Of a stretch of 64,000 nt of DNA, positions 35,696-45,080 are shown in pieces. The stretch is taken from IMG/VR virus record IMGVR_UViG_3300021197_001489, positions 252,013-316,012 of that record, one strand, 5' to 3'. The notes below the pieces were generated by a model that saw only the letters and a list, made by a program, of their open reading frames with translations, searched no databases and was not told where the DNA came from. Both the position numbers and the translations under genes were made by a program. The first letter of the stretch is position 1. Each line of letters begins with the position of its first letter.

Positions 35696-37127
35696 AATCT
35701 ATTCTTCCTTTTCTCATAATGCTGTATACAAATATTCCAATAATACACACAATTAGTGACATGAATATTGGACGTGTGATTAATGTTTCCACAGTGTAAA
35801 GTCCTGTGATCTGAAATGTTAATCCTTCAACTTTTTCTGCCAGTATGTAACCGATTAACATAGCAGGTCTGCTAAACTTGTAGTGTCGCATTGTAAATCC
35901 TATTACAGAAAATACTGCTAACATTGCAAGGTCTTCCCAACCGCCTGTGTACTGCATTGAAGTAAAAATAATCAATCCTAGTAGCACAGGAAAATAATAT
36001 TTGTATGGAACTGCGGCCAGTTTACTAATTGGCTTGATTAAAACCATACAAATCAGTGCAACTACAACTGTGGCACCTAAAAAGCCAAATGTCATACTTG
36101 CAAATAATTCTGTGTCTTCTGCAATATCTGGCGTGCCCAGTTCGATGCCCAAGTACATAAACAGGCTCATCAATATAGCTGCAAACTTTGCACCTGGTAT
36201 GCCAAATATAACTGTGGTAATCATTGATGTTGCCTTTTGTGCATTGTTAGCACCCTCAGGTCCTATCACACCCTTGATGTTGCCATTGCCAAACTTTTCT
36301 TTGGGATTACTGGCAACTGCTTGTCCATACGCCATCCAGTCTGCCATTTGCCCACCTAGTCCAGGCAACAAGCCAATGAACGCACCTATAAAGCCACCGC
36401 GCAAAGCAAGCCATCTGTTCTCCCAACTTGCTTTCATGCCTGCCCATAGCTCACCATCGCGTATTTCACTGTCAGCAGTGCTGTGCTTTAAAAACAGCCC
36501 TCGTGTTAGTTCAGGAACAGCAAACAGTCCTGCGGCAACTGCCATTATCTGTATACCATCTTCTAAGTAGAACCAATATTGTGCGCCGAATCTGGCTGCA
36601 TTATTATCTGGGTTGACACCTACCATGCCTACAAAGATTCCAAAAGCAATAGCAAGGATGGTGCGGAACCAAAACTGGTTGGTTAAAAATCCCACAGTGA
36701 CAAATGCCATTAAAACAAAAGCCCACAGTTCAGGCACACCCAGTATATAGATTAAATTGGTATACCATGGCAACAATAAAAATACCAAACACCCCCAAAG
36801 CAAACCGTTTACAGTTGATGTTGTTACTGCGGCACTGATAGCATAGCCTGCTCTGCCACGTTGGGCTAGTGGAAAGCCATCAACCATGGTAGCGGCTGCA
36901 CTGTTAGCACCGGGTATGCCTAGCAGTATTGCAGTGAAACTGTCACCTGTTGTGCTTGCAGCAACTACTGCCATAAGGAATATTACTCCCATATATGGCT
37001 CGTGTGCAAAGTAGCTAATAAATCCAAACAGTGCAACCAAACCTGTTGTTGCCCCTGCACTGGGAATAATGCCTATAATTAGGCCATAAAATACTCCGCC
37101 GAGCAGATATGTAATCATCTCGATCAT
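35688..37127 (-). CDS. tctA: Tripartite tricarboxylate transporter permease TctA
   Basis: GIPGANSAAATMVDGFPLAQRGRAG, GLLPGLG, GPEGANNA, GIPG, FSRPAMLIG; about 12 TM segments. Confidence 0.93.
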   Translation of the reverse strand: MIEMITYLLGGVFYGLIIGIIPSAGATTGLVALFGFISYFAHEPYMGVIFLMAVVAASTTGDSFTAILLGIPGANSAAATMVDGFPLAQRGRAGYAISAAVTTSTVNGLLWGCLVFLLLPWYTNLIYILGVPELWAFVLMAFVTVGFLTNQFWFRTILAIAFGIFVGMVGVNPDNNAARFGAQYWFYLEDGIQIMAVAAGLFAVPELTRGLFLKHSTADSEIRDGELWAGMKASWENRWLALRGGFIGAFIGLLPGLGGQMADWMAYGQAVASNPKEKFGNGNIKGVIGPEGANNAQKATSMITTVIFGIPGAKFAAILMSLFMYLGIELGTPDIAEDTELFASMTFGFLGATVVVALICMVLIKPISKLAAVPYKYYFPVLLGLIIFTSMQYTGGWEDLAMLAVFSVIGFTMRHYKFSRPAMLIGYILAEKVEGLTFQITGLYTVETLITRPIFMSLIVCIIGIFVYSIMRKGRIDYA

Positions 37128-37174
37128 ACCGAATCCACCGCCAAAAAGCAGTGCCTTTAAAAAGTTAGGGGGTA

Positions 37175-37213
37175 TTACAAGCGAACTCTTTTACATTCAG
37201 GCGTTGCTTGTAA
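37175..37213 (-). promoter_or_regulatory. Intergenic hairpin ahead of tctA
   Basis: TTACAAGC/GCTTGTAA 8-bp stem extended by AAC/GTT in the only ~95-nt gap of the operon. Confidence 0.45.
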
Positions 37214-37223
37214 GTGTATGCTT

Positions 37224-37904
37224 TTACTTAGTACGCCAAACAAAGTACAGTCGATTTTTATGACTGTCAGTTCTAATATCCAGTATGTCGACGCCAAGTT
37301 GATCGGCACAGTTTACAATAAAGTTAGCGTCCCAAGGATAAAAACTAATCCATGTTGACTCATCTCTATCATGTGGCAAACCTGGATTAGCACGGAAAAA
37401 TATTACTGCGCCTGGATTGCATAAACTTACTGCATGTTCAAGTTCAGCAAATATTTTTGAAGTTGATCCAAAGTTGATTGAACCCAATGCCATCATTGCG
37501 TCATACTTTTCACCTGGATGGTAGTCTAACAACTTAACACAAATATCAGCTGAATCGTTATATGGATCAATGCCAATGAGATTGTGTATTTTTCCTTTAA
37601 ACTCGTGATATCCGCAACCAATGTCTAGCACCTTACGTGGCCTTAGTTGGTTTACTTCGTCAATCAATGCAGGTCCTGAATATTTAAATCTTTTAATATG
37701 TCCTTGCCATACATTGCGAAAGTAATTGTCCAAGACTAGATCATCAATCTTGTCTACTAATTCACCAATGTTGGTATAACTTACGTCTTCAACGTCTACA
37801 TTGAATGTACCACGAATTGCTTGCCGTAGCGTTTCTGGCTTGCGCAGTAGCTTGGGTGAAACATGTATCATGTTTTCCAGTTTATTGAGTATTTTGTGAT
37901 TCAT
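37224..37904 (-). CDS. Class I SAM-dependent methyltransferase
   Basis: VLDIGCG, IGIDP, YDAMMALGS. Confidence 0.85.
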   Translation of the reverse strand: MNHKILNKLENMIHVSPKLLRKPETLRQAIRGTFNVDVEDVSYTNIGELVDKIDDLVLDNYFRNVWQGHIKRFKYSGPALIDEVNQLRPRKVLDIGCGYHEFKGKIHNLIGIDPYNDSADICVKLLDYHPGEKYDAMMALGSINFGSTSKIFAELEHAVSLCNPGAVIFFRANPGLPHDRDESTWISFYPWDANFIVNCADQLGVDILDIRTDSHKNRLYFVWRTK

Positions 37905-38769
37905 TTTTTAGTTTCCATTGTTTGTAAAAATAGTCTGCATATATTTTGTTTGCTGCTTGGTTATGATGATAACCGTCACGATTGCAGTAGAGATCTTTGT
38001 AAAGCTCGTATTCGTGTAAAAAATTACCTGGCATATCTGGATGAGGCTCCACGCCTTTGATAAATTCTGCATATGTTGGACAACCTTCGAATCGCAGATT
38101 ATTGTAAGAACTTTCTACGGTGTACTTCAATCTATTCTGATCAACAACGGCTACGTGGTCTGCATAATACTGTGGAGGATATGGCAGTTTATATATTCCC
38201 AATTTATTCAAGTCTTTTCTCCAGTTTGTCAACGCTTCGCCTGATTGTGCTTCATATGCATCTGTTAAACGGTGTGTTGCAAAATATAGAATCTTTTGAT
38301 TATCTTCTACAGGGTATTGAATAAAATCTTCGCCGTGCAATTTACGATGAAGAAAAACTGACATACGTTCTGCGGTAAACACAGTATACATAACAAAAGT
38401 ATTTTTTACATCAAATAAAGTACAAGCTCTTTCTGCTACCAGCTTTATGGTATCATTGGCGGCGCTATTCATACCCAGATTAATTGTGGGAATATCAAAA
38501 TGTTCTGCCAATTGGCTACACCAACTGTGTTCTATCGGCCCGCCAACGTTGACAACAACACTATCTCCTATGCAGATGTTTACAGGCTTGCCAAGAAATT
38601 GTGTATATTCTGGTCCTCTAAAACCCCAACTGTTAAACTGATATTCAAAGTCAGGATACGCATGCCACTCTTCTCTTGTGCGGTTGCACCCATCTGGGTT
38701 ATCCATACTAAATGTTTTAGCTGTAAGGTTGGCCTTACCAACAAAATATTGAAAATCATCAATCAACAT
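37882..38769 (-). CDS. SGNH-like protein
   Basis: FNSWGFRG, CIGDS, INLG, C-terminal DGYHHN. Confidence 0.6.
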   Translation of the reverse strand: MLIDDFQYFVGKANLTAKTFSMDNPDGCNRTREEWHAYPDFEYQFNSWGFRGPEYTQFLGKPVNICIGDSVVVNVGGPIEHSWCSQLAEHFDIPTINLGMNSAANDTIKLVAERACTLFDVKNTFVMYTVFTAERMSVFLHRKLHGEDFIQYPVEDNQKILYFATHRLTDAYEAQSGEALTNWRKDLNKLGIYKLPYPPQYYADHVAVVDQNRLKYTVESSYNNLRFEGCPTYAEFIKGVEPHPDMPGNFLHEYELYKDLYCNRDGYHHNQAANKIYADYFYKQWKLKNESQNTQ

Positions 38770-39337
38770 CAGGTCTGTGTGTTCCTACAAAAATATCATT
38801 ATGCTTGTGATGTTGTTTCCATTGTACACTATTCTTCTGTGCAAAGTCAAGTATCAATTTGTTCTGTTCTTGAATACGGTAAGACATTAAATAATCACTT
38901 TCGTACCAGTCATAGTTTGGATATGTAATATCAAAACCGCCTGCTTGCTTCCACCAAAGGAAACTTGGCCAGTCTGGTCTGTAAATCAATTGTATCCAAG
39001 CAAGTGGATAGGCATCTTGTATTTGTTCAAAGTAGTAGGGCCACTCATGACTCATTAACAGTTTGCATCCACTATTTTCAGTGTAGGGAGCATCTAAGTT
39101 GCTGCGATTTAGACTGCAATCAAACTCCATGCCGGTGCCATAATATGCTTCAGTGTGTCCTATTTTGGAATGGTGTTGGTATGCGCGATGTGCTGCACGG
39201 TCAGTGCAGTTGTAGTTGTTAGAGCTTTTGATTTCTTTAGCAATACCACTCCAGCGACTGCCCGGCACGCCTGTAAAAAAGATGTACTCCGGTAATGTCA
39301 TTTTGGTATAAGTATCCTGTCTATATTTCGAGGACAA
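38759..39337 (-). CDS. Sulfotransferase-like P-loop protein
   Basis: IFFTGVPGSRWSG N-terminal loop, KSH-like MSHEW, LIYRP. Confidence 0.5.
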   Translation of the reverse strand: MSSKYRQDTYTKMTLPEYIFFTGVPGSRWSGIAKEIKSSNNYNCTDRAAHRAYQHHSKIGHTEAYYGTGMEFDCSLNRSNLDAPYTENSGCKLLMSHEWPYYFEQIQDAYPLAWIQLIYRPDWPSFLWWKQAGGFDITYPNYDWYESDYLMSYRIQEQNKLILDFAQKNSVQWKQHHKHNDIFVGTHRPDVD

Positions 39338-39930
39338 ACTGCAACCACTTTGTAATTGTATTCAGTTTCTAATAGTGTAATCGCAATGTCTTGATTGCGA
39401 AAACCAGGTTGTGCTTCGCATACTATTAATGGTTTATACGTTCGAATAGTTTTATCTGCACCTTTGATTATGTCGTATTCGAATCCATCAGTATCTATTT
39501 TAATATAATCTACATCATTGATATTAAAATCATCCAATGGGTATGTTTTTTCATTATAATCTGGATTACCGAAGAAGCTGTCGGTTCGTGGGTATTCACA
39601 TATGGTATTGCCCACACAACATCTAAAGTAAGTTACCTTGTCTTTTCTGATATTACGTGGAAATAGTTTACGAACCCTAGGATCAAATCCATACACATGC
39701 CCAAAGTGTTCTTGCAAATACCGTGTGTATTCTCCGTCTCTACAACCAATATCTACTGCATTTCTAAAATGTTTTATATAAGGTTGACTCAATAACCATG
39801 TTAGTTTGCAGTGGTGATTGGGAAACTCCTGTATACCATCTGGGCTATGAAAGAAGTCTCTTGCATACCATTCGCTTTCAAAAATGTAAGACTCTGGCAT
39901 AAATGTAGTAGGCTCAATTGGATAGTGCAT
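39298..39930 (-). CDS. FkbM-family methyltransferase
   Basis: AVDIGCRDG, YGFDP, YIKIDTDGFEYDIIKGA, KPLIVCE. Confidence 0.88.
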   Translation of the reverse strand: MHYPIEPTTFMPESYIFESEWYARDFFHSPDGIQEFPNHHCKLTWLLSQPYIKHFRNAVDIGCRDGEYTRYLQEHFGHVYGFDPRVRKLFPRNIRKDKVTYFRCCVGNTICEYPRTDSFFGNPDYNEKTYPLDDFNINDVDYIKIDTDGFEYDIIKGADKTIRTYKPLIVCEAQPGFRNQDIAITLLETEYNYKVVAVCPRNIDRILIPK

Positions 39931-39991
39931 GATATTATTAATTATCTATGCATTTTTCAGCGGAAAAATAAAGCCAAATGGCATTATTCGG

Positions 39992-40043
39992 TTGACCATT
40001 AGGATATATGTGTTATACTGTATGTACAGTTAGAAACAAGGAG
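39992..40043 (+). promoter_or_regulatory. Early promoter-RBS cassette copy 2
   Basis: TTGACC-N16-TATACT; identical 33-mer at 40011-40043. Confidence 0.88.
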
Positions 40044-40049
40044 TAGAAC

Positions 40050-40274
40050 ATGTCAAAGATGGCTTCAAATGCAAAGTTCAAGCAGTTTGTTACAAACCTT
40101 AGTGTTGAAGATCAGCACACTGTGATCGAGCGTCAGAGTCGTTTGCTTCCTGCATTTATCATGCAAGAAGTTGCCAGTACTAACAATCCAAAAGTTATTC
40201 GCAAGTTGGAGAGCCGCCTGAAGCAGGTTCGCTTGATGATGAGTTCATTGATTGCAAATGGGAGTGTAGTATAA
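40050..40274 (+). CDS. Early hypothetical protein
   Basis: Follows cassette RBS. Confidence 0.8.
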   Translation: MSKMASNAKFKQFVTNLSVEDQHTVIERQSRLLPAFIMQEVASTNNPKVIRKLESRLKQVRLMMSSLIANGSVV

Positions 40275-40441
40275 TGGTTAAGTTTAGAATCGTTACTAAG
40301 TTTAAAAATGGTCAGTTGGCTGAAACTGTTCGCGGCACTGAAGAGGGCATGCAAAACGCAGTTGAGGCAATTAGAGCAGACGATCAAGTTGAGGGCGTTA
40401 ATGTGTTTGAAGAAGTTTGTATTATACGAGATTTTGTATAA
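40274..40441 (+). CDS. Small protein (55 aa, not in ORF track)
   Basis: GGAG RBS, TAATG coupling on both ends; MVKFRIVTKF...IIRDFV*. Confidence 0.75.
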   Translation: MVKFRIVTKFKNGQLAETVRGTEEGMQNAVEAIRADDQVEGVNVFEEVCIIRDFV

Positions 40442-40737
40442 TGGAAAAAGGCAACATAGTTTGGCTTGAAGGCAAAAGCCGCCACGGCAAGAACCGTATT
40501 GACCAGCATGGCAATCCTTGGACTGTTAATGCAAAAGGCAAGTTTAGTGGCAATGACGCAGTGCGTATGCGCAGTGAACGTGAAACATTCAACATCGGGC
40601 AAGGTCGTAAAATACACGACGAACGCTGGGTGTTCTTGAAAGACGATCCTAACTTTTGGGTCAAATGTGATGCAGACGCCATGGAGCGTTTGTGCGATGC
40701 TAACATTCCTACAGATTGGTTGACAAAAGATGTTTAG
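40441..40737 (+). CDS. Hypothetical protein
   Basis: MEKGNIVWLEGKSRHGKNRI...; coupled start. Confidence 0.8.
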   Translation: MEKGNIVWLEGKSRHGKNRIDQHGNPWTVNAKGKFSGNDAVRMRSERETFNIGQGRKIHDERWVFLKDDPNFWVKCDADAMERLCDANIPTDWLTKDV

Positions 40738-40864
40738 AAAAATATTGGATTGGTATGAAAGACACGATGGTTTGGAAATACTGGTAATGGCATTTTGTAT
40801 GAGTGTATTTGCATTGGTTATATATACATTCCTTGCAGAAGTAGTTTCGAGGATAGTAGGATGA
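40730..40864 (+). CDS. Small membrane peptide (44 aa)
   Basis: MFRKILDWYERHDGLEILVMAFCMSVFALVIYTFLAEV...*. Confidence 0.6.
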   Translation: MFRKILDWYERHDGLEILVMAFCMSVFALVIYTFLAEVVSRIVG

Positions 40865-41349
40865 TAAAAGAAGCGTTATTGGGAATCACTGTTGCGTTTA
40901 CTTCACCAGCAGAACATACCTGCCTTGCTAAAAATATCTATTTTGAAGCTCGCAATCAAAGTATTTCTGGCATGATTGCTGTTAGCCATGTTGTGCTCAA
41001 CAGGGTAAAGCATGAGCGTTTTCCTAACACAATCTGCGAAGTTGTAAAGCAAGGTGTTATGAGTCGTTGGTGGAAGAAAACAATGAATCGAGATGTGCCT
41101 GTGAAAAACATGTGCCAGTTTAGTTGGTTCTGCGATGGACTCAGTGATGCACCAAAAGAACGTGCTGCATGGGAACGTGCGTGGGAAGTTGCACAAGATG
41201 CACATAGTTTGCACTTTATGGATGTTGACCTCAGTGACAACAGCATGTGGTATCATGCTAAAAGTGTTAAGCCACAATGGCGCAGTGATTTTGATTATGT
41301 GGGGCAAATCGACGACCACTTGTTCTATCGGCAGAAAACGGTCAAATAA
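40861..41349 (+). CDS. SleB-like cell wall hydrolase (Hydrolase_2)
   Basis: CLAKNIYFEARNQ, VVLNRV, FPNTICEVV, CQFSWFCDG, YHA..VKPQW, IDDHLFY. Confidence 0.92.
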   Translation: MIKEALLGITVAFTSPAEHTCLAKNIYFEARNQSISGMIAVSHVVLNRVKHERFPNTICEVVKQGVMSRWWKKTMNRDVPVKNMCQFSWFCDGLSDAPKERAAWERAWEVAQDAHSLHFMDVDLSDNSMWYHAKSVKPQWRSDFDYVGQIDDHLFYRQKTVK

Positions 41350-41352
41350 AGG

Positions 41353-41380
41353 TTGACATTGTGTGCGCTTCTGCTACAAT
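41353..41380 (+). promoter_or_regulatory. Sigma70-like early promoter
   Basis: TTGACA-N16-TACAAT. Confidence 0.75.
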
Positions 41381-41437
41381 GTGTGCATGTTGTTGGAAAG
41401 AGTTCAGCAACAAAACAAAAAACGGAGAATGTTTAAT

Positions 41438-41713
41438 ATGACTACAAGTAACGTAACTACCAAGCAGGACAAGGTCCTCACTGCACTTATGGCTGGCGAG
41501 CAGCTTACTGGCAAGCAAATTTCAGCACGTTTTGGTGTTGGCAATGCCCGTGCAACTGTATCAGCTCTACGCATGAAAGGCTTTGCCATTTATGCTAACG
41601 AGTCAACAGATACAAAAGGTCGCGTAAAGATCAAGTATCGTATTGGTCGCCCAAGCCGCGCTGTTGTTGCTGCTGGTTATAAGGCACTTGCTGCTGCTTC
41701 ACGTGCAGCCTAA
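41438..41713 (+). CDS. Small basic helix-turn-helix DNA-binding protein
   Basis: LTGKQISARFGVGNARATVSALRMKG; GGAG RBS; own promoter and terminator. Confidence 0.8.
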   Translation: MTTSNVTTKQDKVLTALMAGEQLTGKQISARFGVGNARATVSALRMKGFAIYANESTDTKGRVKIKYRIGRPSRAVVAAGYKALAAASRAA

Positions 41714-41734
41714 TCTACTTTAGACTGCATTTGG

Positions 41735-41763
41735 GAAAGCCACCTTCGGGTGGCTTTCTTTTT
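41735..41763 (+). terminator. Rho-independent terminator with UUCG loop
   Basis: GAAAGCCACC-TTCG-GGTGGCTTTC-TTTTT. Confidence 0.93.
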
Positions 41764-41775
41764 ATAAGTAGTAGT

Positions 41776-43662
41776 ATGAAGAACGTATATCTGGCACAAA
41801 TGAGCTTGGAATTGCCAGGATCGAACTATTATTATTTTCCATACAGTATTGGAGTGGTTTGGGCATACGCAACTACACAACCTGATATAAATGAAAACTA
41901 TCAATTGTGTAATATTTTTAGCGTAAAAGAGCCAATCGACCGTTTAATGGAAAAAATTGTTGATCCAGGAATACTTGGACTTTCAAGTTATACATGGAAC
42001 ACCATGTACAACGAGGAACTTGCACGACGTGTCAAAGAAAAGTATCCTGAATGCACAGTGATAATTGGTGGGCCAAATACGCCTAACAACAGCGAAGGGT
42101 ATTTTGAAACCCGCCCTTATGTAGATTTTATAACACATCAAGAAGGCGAGGGGTCATTTACTGGATTACTTCGGCATCTTGTGGGCAAGCAGGAACTGAT
42201 GGAAATTGCTGGGATCAGCATCAATAACAACGGCAAAACTGTAATGACCGGGCCAAGTCAACGTGTGGCTCTCGACGATGTACCATCCCCATATCTCATG
42301 GGCCTGTTTGACAACATCAAAACTGAACACCCGAACTTGATATTTAATGGTGTGCTCGAGACCAATAGAGGATGTCCGTTTATGTGTACATTCTGTGACT
42401 GGGGCGGCACAACATTTTCAAAACTAAAACGTTTTGGCATGCAACGCATAGCTGACGAAATTGACTGGATGGGTCGCAACAAGATTGAAATGGTTGTAAA
42501 CAGTGATGCCAACTTTGGTATACTCAAAGAACGCGATGTACTCATTGCAGATATGTTGATTGAGACCAAACAAAAGTACGGCTTTCCTGTACTGTTTGAT
42601 ACAAACTGGAGCAAGAACGCAACAACACAACTAGTCGACATTGCTGTCAAACTTATGGAAGCGCAGATGATGAGACGCTTTACCATGGCATTGCAAAGCA
42701 CTAACCAAGACGTCTTAAAGAATATTAAACGTGTAAATCTCAAAGAAGAAGCAATGACTCGTGTTGCAGAAACTGCCTTTAGCAATGGCATGAGCGTTAA
42801 CACCGAATTAATTATTGGCCTGCCTGGTGAAACATGGGAGTCATGGACTTCTGGTTTGTGTCATCTATTAAGTAGGGATATTATTGTTGAAGCGTATCCT
42901 GTGACTATATTGATGAACAGTGAAATGGGCCAGGATGACTATATTGACAAACATGGTATCACATCAACAACACTAAAAAGTTTTTTCTCTAAGTATGTTG
43001 ATGAATGGCAAATCATGCTTACTGGAACAAACACATTGCCCGAAGCACAGATGAAAAAATTATGGTTATGGACTTGGCTTACATCAATGATGGATGCAAA
43101 TGGATATACACAGGTTGTATCGCGCTATCTCAACAAACGTCACGGCGTGCCATTTGAAAAGTTCTACGAGCGGCTGCTGGACTATGGACTTGAAACACCC
43201 GATAGTGCGTTTCATCCTTGGTTGCACAAGTGGCAAGACTATGCTGAACAACTGGAGTTCAACATGTTTCTAGCCGGACTAACTTATTCACCTGTGATGC
43301 AAGACCTTGGACTGCACAAACGACAGCAAACCTATCAGGACATTTACGCTGTAGCACAGGAATTTGCTCCGCAAGATACACTGTTGCAGGATGTTATGAT
43401 AGCGCAAGAGAGGCAACAAACCATATTCAATCACGAAGAAACAACCAAAATTACACTGAACGCCAATGTGTTTGAATACTCGTTGGGCAAAGAAGAATTA
43501 GATATTGCGCCAACAAGCTATGTATTCCACAGGGCATATCCGCCAAAAGGCACAAATCCTAGCTGGGTTGAGTGGTATAACAGTACTAGAAAAAACAAAA
43601 AGTGGCAGGCTAGGGTAGAAAAAATCACAAAAAAAGCAACTCTTTTTCACGAAAACGGTTGA
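41776..43662 (+). CDS. B12-binding-domain radical SAM protein
   Basis: N-terminal PYSIG, LSSYTWN, IIGGP, EGE; ETNRGCPFMCTFCDW; DANFG; ELIIGLPGET. Confidence 0.9.
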   Translation: MKNVYLAQMSLELPGSNYYYFPYSIGVVWAYATTQPDINENYQLCNIFSVKEPIDRLMEKIVDPGILGLSSYTWNTMYNEELARRVKEKYPECTVIIGGPNTPNNSEGYFETRPYVDFITHQEGEGSFTGLLRHLVGKQELMEIAGISINNNGKTVMTGPSQRVALDDVPSPYLMGLFDNIKTEHPNLIFNGVLETNRGCPFMCTFCDWGGTTFSKLKRFGMQRIADEIDWMGRNKIEMVVNSDANFGILKERDVLIADMLIETKQKYGFPVLFDTNWSKNATTQLVDIAVKLMEAQMMRRFTMALQSTNQDVLKNIKRVNLKEEAMTRVAETAFSNGMSVNTELIIGLPGETWESWTSGLCHLLSRDIIVEAYPVTILMNSEMGQDDYIDKHGITSTTLKSFFSKYVDEWQIMLTGTNTLPEAQMKKLWLWTWLTSMMDANGYTQVVSRYLNKRHGVPFEKFYERLLDYGLETPDSAFHPWLHKWQDYAEQLEFNMFLAGLTYSPVMQDLGLHKRQQTYQDIYAVAQEFAPQDTLLQDVMIAQERQQTIFNHEETTKITLNANVFEYSLGKEELDIAPTSYVFHRAYPPKGTNPSWVEWYNSTRKNKKWQARVEKITKKATLFHENG

Positions 43663-43710
43663 CATAAGCTATAAACCTGTTATACTGTATGTACAGTTAG
43701 AAACAAGGAG
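43659..43710 (+). promoter_or_regulatory. Early promoter-RBS cassette copy 3
   Basis: TTGACA-N16-TATACT; identical 33-mer at 43678-43710. Confidence 0.88.
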
Positions 43711-44091
43711 ATGCTTATGCCACAGATTTTTACAGTTTATCAGATCGTTATTGACAAAGACCTTAGTGATCTTATCAACAAAGAAGGTCACGGTTGTCAT
43801 GTAAAGAGCCTGGCTCGCATGCAAGCAATGCTGGAAGGCGATGTGCGTCTTGGTGTAATGCATGATTGTTACACAAAGGTAGCAGAAGTTGTTGCTGATG
43901 ATTTGGAGCATGTGTTTGAAGTTGGTAACATTGGTCCTGAGGACCGTATTACACGCCTTGAAAAGATGACCAGCATCAGCGTTGGAGACATTATTGCAGA
44001 TGCAGATGGCGTCTGTAGTGTAGTTAACAATGTTGGATTTACTCCACTTGCACCGTCATTCCACAAAATGGTATTGAAGGAGGCAGCATAA
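43711..44091 (+). CDS. Early hypothetical protein
   Basis: Follows cassette; DLEHVFEVGN, SISVGDII motif; ATG at 43717 is an alternative start. Confidence 0.8.
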   Translation: MLMPQIFTVYQIVIDKDLSDLINKEGHGCHVKSLARMQAMLEGDVRLGVMHDCYTKVAEVVADDLEHVFEVGNIGPEDRITRLEKMTSISVGDIIADADGVCSVVNNVGFTPLAPSFHKMVLKEAA

Positions 44092-44252
44092 TGTATGAAG
44101 TATTTCTATGTGGAGTAGGCACTATTCCTAATCGCAAGTTTCGCACTGTAGAAGATGCAGTTAAGCATGCGAAAAAACTTAACAGAGACGCGCAAATCTT
44201 TAAAGTGCGCGAGGCTTTTACTCCTGTCAAATGGGTTTTCGCGAGGCGCTAA
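44091..44252 (+). CDS. Small basic protein (53 aa, not in ORF track)
   Basis: AAGGAGG RBS, TAATG coupling; MYEVFLCGVG...VFARR*. Confidence 0.75.
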   Translation: MYEVFLCGVGTIPNRKFRTVEDAVKHAKKLNRDAQIFKVREAFTPVKWVFARR

Positions 44253-44443
44253 TGGGACATCCAGCAGAAAGCATCAACACCAAGGACCACTGGGCAGTTG
44301 GCTTTGAGTGGCCAGTTGTTGGGAGCAAGGGCGATTTATACACAGTTGAAATGACACATTATGGTTTTGAGTGTGATTGTCCTGCATACAGAAAGTGCAA
44401 GCATATCAAAAGCATTGAGGAGAGGTTTAATGACCAAGACTGA
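44252..44443 (+). CDS. SWIM-type zinc-finger protein
   Basis: GSKGDLYTV, CDCPAYRKCKHI (CxC-CxH). Confidence 0.8.
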   Translation: MGHPAESINTKDHWAVGFEWPVVGSKGDLYTVEMTHYGFECDCPAYRKCKHIKSIEERFNDQD

Positions 44444-45074
44444 TCCGGTGGCGTTTAGCGCAGAAGATATTTGGGGTGCGGCTGCACATGCAACTCGCGT
44501 CAACGAGGGCTATTTGAAAGAAGATGAATACAACTGGAACACTGCTCGGTTAACCAAACATGCAAACAGAGATGTTGCCAAGAAAGCACTGGCTGAAAGC
44601 ACTATCACAGAGGCTGATCGCAAGGAGGGCATGGAGGCACGGCACTTCTTGCACAGCCGACTAACAATGAAGGCGCTGTCCAAGCGACTCACAGATTTTG
44701 AAGCAGGACTTGCCAAAGCAGTGGCATTAGACGAGTTTATTGTGCCGCAAGACAGAATGATGATTGGCATTGTTAACAGTCAAATAGTCAGCTATCATCG
44801 CCAGCTTCAAGAAGAATCAATGACCAAGGATGCAGTGTGGGGATATGTAGCAGAAGTTGGCCTGCGTGTTGACTTAAAAGTGACACCGACTGCACGTTTT
44901 TGGATTGACAGATACGACACTTTCCGTTATAATAGTATTACAAAAGACGGATATAAAGCCAGCTTCTACTACAGAGAAAGACTTGAAGTAGGCAATACAG
45001 TGGAAGTTCGCGGCACTGTTAAGAAACATGCGGACAATACAACATATCTTAATCGCGTAAAGATTGAAGGGTAG
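44430..45074 (+). CDS. Hypothetical protein with C-terminal OB-fold-like domain
   Basis: C-terminal VEVRGTVKKH...TYLNRVKI. Confidence 0.75.
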   Translation: MTKTDPVAFSAEDIWGAAAHATRVNEGYLKEDEYNWNTARLTKHANRDVAKKALAESTITEADRKEGMEARHFLHSRLTMKALSKRLTDFEAGLAKAVALDEFIVPQDRMMIGIVNSQIVSYHRQLQEESMTKDAVWGYVAEVGLRVDLKVTPTARFWIDRYDTFRYNSITKDGYKASFYYRERLEVGNTVEVRGTVKKHADNTTYLNRVKIEG

Positions 45075-45080
45075 AATAAA

